From Octopus bimaculoides (taxonomy: Eukaryota), in contig NC_069006.1 in NCBI RefSeq assembly GCF_001194135.2, positions 25,449,844 through 25,513,843 on the forward strand: a DNA stretch of 64,000 nucleotides, in the 5' to 3' direction. This document shows, one piece after another, positions 63,975 to 64,000 of the stretch. The notes below the pieces were generated by a model. That model ran no database searches and was not told the DNA's origin. It saw only the letters and a list, made by a program, of their open reading frames with translations. Every line of letters begins with the position of its first letter. Within the stretch, counting starts at the first letter, position 1. Made by a program: the position numbers and the translations under genes.

Positions 63975-64000
63975 TATGTGTGTGTGTATATTATATATAT

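Overview
AT-rich animal genomic DNA from a gapped draft assembly. N-gaps lie at 299-877, 3426-3628, 18608-18617, 20396-21217, 23189-23619, 25904-26041, 38484-38671, 41333-41629, 46753-47218, 48063-48677 and 50721-50865. The recurring SINE families and very dense (TA)n/(CA)n/(GA)n/(GATA)n/(AAT)n tracts point to an octopus (coleoid cephalopod) genome; this is recognition from memory, not a database result. Most of the window looks intronic or intergenic. It contains four dispersed SINE-like families (local labels A-D), RTE-type LINE relics, two Tc1/mariner transposase C-terminal relics, MITEs and a Helitron-like 3' end. Nearly all ORF-track entries are simple-repeat, gap or antisense-TE artefacts. 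The best protein-coding signal is a 299-nt minus-strand exon (21749-21451) of an unrecognised acidic protein, possibly spliced to a terminal exon at 19370-19164. No rRNA, canonical tRNA or CRISPR array was seen, and no complete novel multi-gene system can be supported. The most unusual local structures are: a full tRNA-like cloverleaf with a Pol III terminator inside a fold-back element (54431-54702); a minimal hammerhead-ribozyme-like motif (1388-1433, minus); a Helitron-like end next to an inverted telomeric-repeat hairpin (23066-23188); a 189-bp tandem unit keeping two intact 52-codon ORFs (55041-55495); and a candidate exon with Trp every 12 residues (27170-27361). TE boundaries are approximate (about +/-10-20 nt).
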